Positions 34,865-40,904 of a stretch of DNA of 40,904 nt are shown here, in pieces. Origin of the DNA: a virus (lineage: Duplodnaviria > Caudoviricetes); IMG/VR virus record IMGVR_UViG_3300044698_000273, positions 1 through 40,904 of that record, one strand, 5' to 3'. Position 1 is the first letter of the stretch, and each line of letters starts with the position of its first letter. The translations under genes were made by a program, and so were the position numbers. The notes under the pieces were generated by a model that searched no databases, was not told the DNA's origin, and saw nothing but the letters and a program-made list of their open reading frames with translations.

Positions 34865-36414
34865 CCGCCCCGGCCTACGCATCCGATCTCACCCCGATCA
34901 TCGAGGACATGGCCTCCACCACGGGCTGGGCTGCCCTGGGCGGTGGTGCTTCCGCCCTGGTTGCCCCGGAGACGGACTTTTTCAAACAGGGCTCAAACTG
35001 CATCTCCAAGGCAGGCTGGTCCACCGCCACCAAAGGCATGATCTACAACGCCGGCAGCGGTCAGACGATCCCGGCCGGGAGCGCTCTTTTTATCTTTGTC
35101 GAGTTCTGGGCCTCCGCCGCCCTGGCCACGGAAGCAAACGGCGGCATCCAGGCCCTGATCGGCTCGGCGGCCTCGGCCTTTAGCCAGCACTACGCTTCCG
35201 GCTCCGATTACATGCGAAAGGGCCGCTTCCCCTGCCTGGTGGTGGACCCCACCCGCACCGCCGAGGCCACTACCGGCAGCCCAAGCGGCACCCTGCAGTA
35301 TTTCGGGGCCCAGGCCTATGTGCCGGGCAGCGGCCCGTCAAAGGGCCAGCCGCTCGGCATCGATGCTATTCGCTTTGGCCGGGATTTCACCGTCACCGGG
35401 GGCGAGTCCGGCAACTACGCCACCCTGACCGGGGCGGTGGCCTACAACAACGACATCTCCCGCCAGTACGGCCAGCTTGACGATGTCTCCGGCGACCCTA
35501 CCCTGATTGGCCGTTTGATCCTGGGCACCTCCGGCACCCCGGTTGATTTCCGCGACAGCAACCAGACTCTCAAGATCGGTCGCACCCCCTGCGTGGCCGC
35601 GACTTTTTCCGGTATCGAGGTAAACCACGCCTCCAGCCGGGTGGACTGGACCGGGTACACGATCAAGCCGGTCGATCCGGCCGTGCAGCGGGGGTACTTC
35701 CTGGCCAATGCCGACGCAACCATCAACCACCTCGGCTGCACCTTCGAGGATGTGGGGGTGTTTACTTACGGCGGAGCGGCCGGCACCGTCACGGGCTGCG
35801 TGTTTCGCCGGGCTGATCAGGTAAAGCCCGGCGGGGCGGCGGTCACCTCCACCCTGTTTGAGGCGAGCAACGACAGCACCGGCGCCATGCTGATCACCAG
35901 CCCGGCGGAAATGGCGGCGACCTCCGGCTGCGATTTCAAAGGCAACGCCATAGCGATCAAGATCACCGCCGCCGGCACTTACACCTTCGACGGCCACCAG
36001 TTCACCGGCAACACGGACCAGGTTGATTTCACCGGCACCGGCACCTGCACGATCAACCCGACCAACGGCTGCAATGTGAGCCAAGGCGGCTGCACCGCCT
36101 CCGGCGGCGGGACGATTGTGGTCAACGCCGTGCAGATCCAATTGAGCTTCACAGTCTCCCCTGCGATTACCGGGTACGAGTGGCGAATCTACGAGGAAGA
36201 TCCGGATCCCGGCGTTATAGGCAGCACGGAGTTGGCGGGCGAGGAGACCGCTTCGTCCAGCAGCCAGAGCTATTCCTATGTTACCGGGGATGCGGGTACC
36301 GATGTGGTCATCCAGATCATCGCGGCCGGTTATGAGGAATCGCTGACCTACCTGACTTTAGGGGCGGTTGGTCAGTCCAGAAATATAACATTAACCCCAG
36401 AGGAAAACGCATGA
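34861..36414 (+). CDS. Virion structural/adhesin protein with beta-helix-like region
   Basis: G/T/A/S-rich; repeating GCTFE / GCVFR / GCDFK turns. Confidence 0.7.
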   Translation: MTAPAYASDLTPIIEDMASTTGWAALGGGASALVAPETDFFKQGSNCISKAGWSTATKGMIYNAGSGQTIPAGSALFIFVEFWASAALATEANGGIQALIGSAASAFSQHYASGSDYMRKGRFPCLVVDPTRTAEATTGSPSGTLQYFGAQAYVPGSGPSKGQPLGIDAIRFGRDFTVTGGESGNYATLTGAVAYNNDISRQYGQLDDVSGDPTLIGRLILGTSGTPVDFRDSNQTLKIGRTPCVAATFSGIEVNHASSRVDWTGYTIKPVDPAVQRGYFLANADATINHLGCTFEDVGVFTYGGAAGTVTGCVFRRADQVKPGGAAVTSTLFEASNDSTGAMLITSPAEMAATSGCDFKGNAIAIKITAAGTYTFDGHQFTGNTDQVDFTGTGTCTINPTNGCNVSQGGCTASGGGTIVVNAVQIQLSFTVSPAITGYEWRIYEEDPDPGVIGSTELAGEETASSSSQSYSYVTGDAGTDVVIQIIAAGYEESLTYLTLGAVGQSRNITLTPEENA

Positions 36415-36707
36415 AGCTGCAAACCGCCTATGCCACGACGGTACTGGATCAAGATGAAAATAAATGGATTGTTTACAGCGGCGAGGAACGCCTGGCTGAG
36501 CTGCCGGCGATTCTTAAAGAGCAGGAGGTGATGGCGGTTATCCGTTTTGGCCGGGCGCACGAACTCGCCGGCCATGCCGAAGGGTTTGCTGCCGGGCTGG
36601 CGGTCGGCAATAAGGAACTGGAAGAAAAAATAAAGCTGCTCGAATGGCAGGTGAATACCATGGCAACAGAAAACGTCCGCTTGGCGGATATCCTCGAAGC
36701 ACAATAA
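36411..36707 (+). CDS. Hypothetical coiled-coil protein
   Basis: ATGA-coupled; C-terminal heptad pattern. Confidence 0.65.
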   Translation: MKLQTAYATTVLDQDENKWIVYSGEERLAELPAILKEQEVMAVIRFGRAHELAGHAEGFAAGLAVGNKELEEKIKLLEWQVNTMATENVRLADILEAQ

Positions 36708-36719
36708 AGGAGCACGACT

Positions 36720-38201
36720 ATGGCAACCGCAATTTTAATCGATCTGTCAAACTATGACACCCTGCTGGTTCAGTCCACCCAGGGCCGGGCAGGCACCCCG
36801 GACGGCAACATCTTTTTTGATACCACCAACGGGCGGATCGAGATCATCACCGCCGAAGAGTTGGCGACGGTAGACCTGGGTAGTGGGGCGGAAGCCAACC
36901 CGCTCACCAACGATCTGGGCATCAAATTCGAGGCGCTGTATGCTTTCGAGAACCAGGAGCGGCGAACTGACGAAAACCTTCGGATGTACGACCGTTATTT
37001 CAAGGGTACCTTTAAATTCGGTGGTGCTTACGAAATCATCAACGGGCGGAAGTTTGATATCGCCACCTCCGATACCGGCGATGACCGCACCAAGGTGCGC
37101 GGCTCCGGCTGGACTGAGCGGGCGGCTAACGGGAATGAAGACCGGATCTATTACGGTAACAAATCCTTGGGCAACATAGAAGCAACCTCCCAGCCTTACC
37201 TCCAGCTTTCTTCCGGTGGCGCGCCGGTGGATTACGCCAAGCCCGGGCCGGTCGATGAGGCGGTGCAGGTATTCGGCACTACGGCAAACGGCGACACCGG
37301 AGCCGGAACTTTCGATACCCGGACCTATGAGGCCTTGTCGGTCAGAACCTTCGGCTTCAACTATGACCGGAAAGTACTGGCCGATTCTGGGGTGACCCAG
37401 ATGGGCGGCTACTCCTCCGGTTTCGCGCTTGGCGAGTCTGCCCACCTGACCACCGGCAACTATGACCTTGTCGATGTTTACGGCGTCGCGCAGGTTTCCC
37501 CCTGGACAGGCATGTCTCTGGAGAAGCTGGCTGTTGCCCAGACGGAAAGCGGCTTTAACGAGGCGGATGGTGCTTTCACCTGGGTGCTGAACAACACCGC
37601 CAACGGCAGCCTGAACCAGTGCGTCGCCTTCCTCGATGCCCTGGCGCAGACAGATGACGACATCGACACGGGCACGGAAACCGTCACCAACGGCAAACGG
37701 GTTAACACCTGGTACAGCTACAACGCGGCAGGGCAGATCGTTACCCGCTCCGGCGCCGATTCTCTCGGGTTGTTCATTGAGAATGTCCCGACCGCTGACG
37801 AGCAGAGGATTGTTTTCACCGACGATGCCGCGGCACTCAAGACCCGGCCTTTCAGCGTCCAGCTTGAGGTAACCACCGGGGCATTTGCAATCGCCGACGC
37901 CTCGGCTTGGTATCACATGCACTTTTTGACTGACTTCAACACGTCAAGCGCGGTGACGGTGGTTGATTCGTCGGCAGCCGCCATCAAGGGGAATGTCGCC
38001 GGTGATGTTATCGGCGGGAAGATTGTCAGAGCCTTCGACTATGACGGTGATATTCTGGGCGGCACTGCCGGCACCGACAAGGACGCTGTTGTCCAGGTTG
38101 AAGGCGATGGCGGGGCAACCCAGGCCAAGACCGTGTTCACCATCTCCCGCGCTGCGGTTGTGGGCGTGACTTGTGCGCCGGGCCTTGAGACAAACGTGTA
38201 A
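36720..38201 (+). CDS. Virion structural protein
   Basis: AAGGAG RBS; acidic, G/T/D-rich 493-aa ORF in the late operon. Confidence 0.7.
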   Translation: MATAILIDLSNYDTLLVQSTQGRAGTPDGNIFFDTTNGRIEIITAEELATVDLGSGAEANPLTNDLGIKFEALYAFENQERRTDENLRMYDRYFKGTFKFGGAYEIINGRKFDIATSDTGDDRTKVRGSGWTERAANGNEDRIYYGNKSLGNIEATSQPYLQLSSGGAPVDYAKPGPVDEAVQVFGTTANGDTGAGTFDTRTYEALSVRTFGFNYDRKVLADSGVTQMGGYSSGFALGESAHLTTGNYDLVDVYGVAQVSPWTGMSLEKLAVAQTESGFNEADGAFTWVLNNTANGSLNQCVAFLDALAQTDDDIDTGTETVTNGKRVNTWYSYNAAGQIVTRSGADSLGLFIENVPTADEQRIVFTDDAAALKTRPFSVQLEVTTGAFAIADASAWYHMHFLTDFNTSSAVTVVDSSAAAIKGNVAGDVIGGKIVRAFDYDGDILGGTAGTDKDAVVQVEGDGGATQAKTVFTISRAAVVGVTCAPGLETNV

Positions 38202-38210
38202 GGAGCCGCT

Positions 38211-40040
38211 ATGTCTGTTGCCAACCCGGTTATAGACCACCTTGACCCCGCCACCAAGAGCATCTACTTGGCGGCGGGGGTCGCACAGTATCATCCGGTC
38301 ACGGACATCTACGCCGAGGTCCGCACCTTGCGGCGGCTGAACGATGCCTTGCGCTGGTTCGATGTGCCGGTTACGGCGGAGGGCAACATCCCCAAGGGCG
38401 GCGGCAAGTATACCTCCCGCTACGCCGTTTTCAACAACGGCTGGCGGGTGGTGCCTACCACCGGCTTGCCGGTGCTGTATATCTCCGGCGAGCAGATCAC
38501 CGATGACGGGCAGAGCGGGCCGGACTGTATCGACCTGACCCTGCTGCCCCCAGGAACCGGGATCACCATCATGTACGAGCCGCCTGCCTCGGAGCTGGTC
38601 CGGGCGGATGCCGAACTGGAGGCGGTAAAGCAGATGGAGTACAACAACCGGGTGGCCATCGACCCGACCAGCCCGTTCTCCGGCACCTTGTGGCCCATGG
38701 GCACCAGGCGTCAGCCCATAAACAATCTGGTTGATGCGCTGCTCATCATGGATGAGCGGGGTTTTGCGACGCTCGATGTGCTGGGGAACTTAACCCTGCA
38801 GGCCGGGGATGATGTCGGCGGCCTGTCCATCATCGGCCAGGATAGGGACACCAACACCCTGACGCTCGAAGACGGCTGCCTTACCTGGGGGGCAAACATC
38901 AGCAACCTGACCCTGACCGGCGTCTGCGGGGGCAGGATGAATCTGCATGATTGTCATATGAAAGATATCGTGGGTCTGTGCGCTACCGACGGCAACGCCA
39001 ACATTTCGAACTGTTACCTGATGGGCAGCATCCAGCTGCGTTCTCTTGCCGCCCGGCAGTTTATTTTCACCAACTGCGTGGGAGCGGAAAAGGAACTCAA
39101 GCCGACCCTGGATATAAACGGCAGTCCGGCCACGGTCCATTTTAACGATTTTGCCGGAGAGCTTTATGTCGGCGGGGCGACGAATCCAGAGCAGCACATG
39201 GCCTTTGACATCGACTCCGGCACGATAAAGTTTCTTTCCACGGTTACGCAAGGTCAGCATGAATTGCGGGGGATCGCAAAGTTTGTGGATGAGACGACCC
39301 CCCAGGATGGTCTTTTTGTTGATACCTCCGGCCTGTTGCGGCCGGTGGACTCACAATACGGCGGGAGGGTTTATATCGACGCCACAGGGGCGGCGGGCAC
39401 TCTGTATCCTTTGGGTTTGTTCGGCACTCCGGTAAATAGTATCGCAAACGCCGCGCTGATCGCCCCCAAATATAACTGTAACGATCTGCACGTCCACTCG
39501 GACACCCAAGCCGTGGGGCAGTACCTGCGCCACTATATTGTCAGCGGCCACGCCGGGGAGACGATCTCGTTCGACGCCGCGTGCGACTTGGACGGCCTTA
39601 TCTTCAAGGGGTTGGGTATCACCGGCACCTTGTCCGGCTCGAACGAGTTCGAACAGGCAATCCTTAAAGATGTGGACGGAGTGAGTGGGCAAATAAAGGA
39701 TTGCATGGCTCAGGGCGATATCGGTTTTACGGGTCAGGTGTATATCCGGGGGTTACGCTCCCACAGCCAAAACCCAATCAATCTGAACGTAGGCACGGCA
39801 ATGCTGAATGCCACGGATATTTTCGGTATGTTTACCGTCACCGGCAAGAGCGGCACCGAGGAGATCAATCTCCATTGCGGCTATGGGGCGATCACTATTG
39901 ATGAGACCTGCACCGGCCCCGGCCAAATTTATTTGGTTGGAAACGGTGTGTTGATCGCCCATAACGGCAGTTGTCCGGTGGTGAATTTACTTGAGAGTGA
40001 TGCGTCCGGTGCCGAGGCCGTCATGAGGTACACCCGCTGA
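38211..40040 (+). CDS. Virion adhesin-like protein with internal duplication
   Basis: AAGGAG RBS; two copies of Y..RV.ID......GTL.P.G....P.N....A.LI followed by beta-helix-like sequence. Confidence 0.7.
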   Translation: MSVANPVIDHLDPATKSIYLAAGVAQYHPVTDIYAEVRTLRRLNDALRWFDVPVTAEGNIPKGGGKYTSRYAVFNNGWRVVPTTGLPVLYISGEQITDDGQSGPDCIDLTLLPPGTGITIMYEPPASELVRADAELEAVKQMEYNNRVAIDPTSPFSGTLWPMGTRRQPINNLVDALLIMDERGFATLDVLGNLTLQAGDDVGGLSIIGQDRDTNTLTLEDGCLTWGANISNLTLTGVCGGRMNLHDCHMKDIVGLCATDGNANISNCYLMGSIQLRSLAARQFIFTNCVGAEKELKPTLDINGSPATVHFNDFAGELYVGGATNPEQHMAFDIDSGTIKFLSTVTQGQHELRGIAKFVDETTPQDGLFVDTSGLLRPVDSQYGGRVYIDATGAAGTLYPLGLFGTPVNSIANAALIAPKYNCNDLHVHSDTQAVGQYLRHYIVSGHAGETISFDAACDLDGLIFKGLGITGTLSGSNEFEQAILKDVDGVSGQIKDCMAQGDIGFTGQVYIRGLRSHSQNPINLNVGTAMLNATDIFGMFTVTGKSGTEEINLHCGYGAITIDETCTGPGQIYLVGNGVLIAHNGSCPVVNLLESDASGAEAVMRYTR

Positions 40041-40300
40041 TGGATGTCTGGGAACTTGCAACCTCTAACAGCACCATCGCCGAGGGCGATTTCTGGGAGC
40101 ATCTCAACGCCCAGGGCGGCGGCGGCGGCCCCACGATCATCATCGGCGGCGACTTGACCGCTGATCTCGGCCCGATGTCTGTTACGGCGTGGGCCGGGGC
40201 GGCATTGTCCGCCGACATAATCATCCAGCCCATCGAGGCGAACGCGGTCAGCGAGGTGCTGACCGCCACCATCAACCAGATAACCACCGCGGAGGTGTAG
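40040..40300 (+). CDS. Hypothetical virion protein
   Basis: TGATG-coupled; FWEHLNAQGGGGG. Confidence 0.6.
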   Translation: MDVWELATSNSTIAEGDFWEHLNAQGGGGGPTIIIGGDLTADLGPMSVTAWAGAALSADIIIQPIEANAVSEVLTATINQITTAEV

Positions 40301-40301
40301 C

Positions 40302-40634
40302 ATGGCCATGCCTGTGCTTGTAACCGGGGACGACACCACAATCCCCGTGACCCTGAAAAAAAACGGCGTCACCTTTATCATCGGCGCCGAGGCAACAATC
40401 AAGGCCCGGCTGGTGAGCCTGGACCACAAGACCACCTACACGGCCGAGGTGGAGGTGGACAAGGGCGAGACGGGCACCGACCTGAGCAAGAGCCTGGTGG
40501 TGGCAAGTTTCTCCCCCACGGCTACCAGCGCGATCGATTACCAAGGCAAGGCCCTGCTGGAGATCCAGGTGGACGATGGCGGCAAAAAGACCTGGTTCGC
40601 CGCCATCGAGATCAAGCGGGGGAATATAGCATGA
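40302..40634 (+). CDS. Hypothetical protein (BppU N-terminal-like beta sandwich)
   Basis: GGAGG RBS; GDDTTIPVTL...LLEIQV...KKTW..IEI. Confidence 0.5.
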   Translation: MAMPVLVTGDDTTIPVTLKKNGVTFIIGAEATIKARLVSLDHKTTYTAEVEVDKGETGTDLSKSLVVASFSPTATSAIDYQGKALLEIQVDDGGKKTWFAAIEIKRGNIA

Positions 40635-40668
40635 TCAGGGTGTGGACCCTGCGTGGACACTTTTCCAC

Positions 40669-40702
40669 AAAAAAGGGTTTCCGAGATAACCCGGAAACCC
40701 TT
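40669..40702 (-). terminator. Terminator downstream of the tRNA fragment (possibly bidirectional)
   Basis: AAGGGTTTCCG 40673-40683 pairs with CGGAAACCCTT 40692-40702; T-run follows on the minus strand. Confidence 0.8.
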
Positions 40703-40709
40703 ACCACAC

Positions 40710-40757
40710 TGGAGCCAACGAGGAGAGTCGAACTCCTGACCTACTGATTACGAATCA
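40710..40757 (-). tRNA. 3' fragment of tRNA-Thr(CGT) (att core, not a complete tRNA)
   Basis: Minus strand TGA-TTCGTAA-TCAGT-AGGTC-AGGAG-TTCGACT-CTCCT-CGTTGGC-T-CCA; D-arm and 5' acceptor strand absent. Confidence 0.9.
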
Positions 40758-40837
40758 AGATATTTGTATAATATCTTTTTGTTTTTTCGTCATTATTAGC
40801 TTTCAAAAAGTGTCCACTGTGGACACCACCTGTCTGT

Positions 40838-40903
40838 CTATTTCCCTTTTCTCATGGCCGCCACTTTGGCTTGGGCGTCAACCAGCCGCCTGGTTTGCAC
40901 CTG
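40838..40903 (-). CDS. C-terminal end of probable tyrosine integrase (truncated by the window edge)
   Basis: QVQTRRLVDAQAKVAAMRKGK-stop converging on the att site; resembles the helix after the catalytic Tyr, but catalytic residues are outside the window. Confidence 0.5.
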   Translation of the reverse strand, partial: QVQTRRLVDAQAKVAAMRKGK

Positions 40904-40904
40904 A

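Larger units (their letters stand above)
40640..40826. other. attP-like site: tRNA core with integrase arm repeats on both sides
   Basis: GTGGAC(A/C)C at 40642 and 40653 on the left; GTGTCCAC 40810 and GTGGACAC 40819 on the right; 12-bp inverted pair GTGGACACTTTT 40653-40664 / AAAAGTGTCCAC 40806-40817. Confidence 0.75.
1..40904 (+). mobile_element. Temperate lambda-like siphophage genome segment (replication, packaging, head, tail, lysis, att)
   Basis: Co-oriented, tightly coupled ORFs with recognisable helicase/primase, GpA terminase, portal, S49 protease, gpE-type capsid, tape measure and lysis genes; tRNA-derived att site at the right end; no host housekeeping genes. Confidence 0.97.

Noticed and set aside
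32676-40040. Diversity-generating retroelement or invertible tail-fibre switch
   Set aside because: No reverse transcriptase, invertase or adenine-variant TR/VR repeat pair recognised in the window
40710-40757. Functional phage tRNA gene
   Set aside because: The 5' acceptor strand and D-arm are missing; it is an att core

Overview
The whole window is the genome of a temperate, lambda-like siphophage. It is GC-rich and nearly all genes are on the + strand. The host is probably an anaerobic deltaproteobacterium-like organism, which is a weak inference. Gene order: P4/D5-type helicase, iteron-rich putative origin, Zn-finger primase, two DNA methyltransferases, DUF5131 paralog 1, small terminase, accessory genes, GpA terminase, Xis-like HTH, a DNA ligase/HTH moron, gpW/portal/S49 protease/decoration/major capsid, connector and tail genes with a -1 frameshift chaperone, lysis cassette, tape measure, a long tail-tip/adhesin module, and finally an attP-like site (3' half of tRNA-Thr CGT with arm repeats on both sides) facing the C-terminus of a probable integrase. 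The most striking unexplained structure is at 11022-12352. Two near-identical 57-bp attC-like hairpins and perfectly complementary core sites define two integron-type gene cassettes (712 and 601 bp) inside the phage early operon. No IntI is visible, the cargo looks like phage genes, and the ORFs lie opposite to the canonical attC orientation. Other notable elements are heptamer inverted-repeat arrays between late genes, a GTAG-family REP doublet, a ferredoxin-like gene in the lysis cassette and a nested domain duplication in the decoration protein. All product calls come from motif recognition by eye; no database searches were run.
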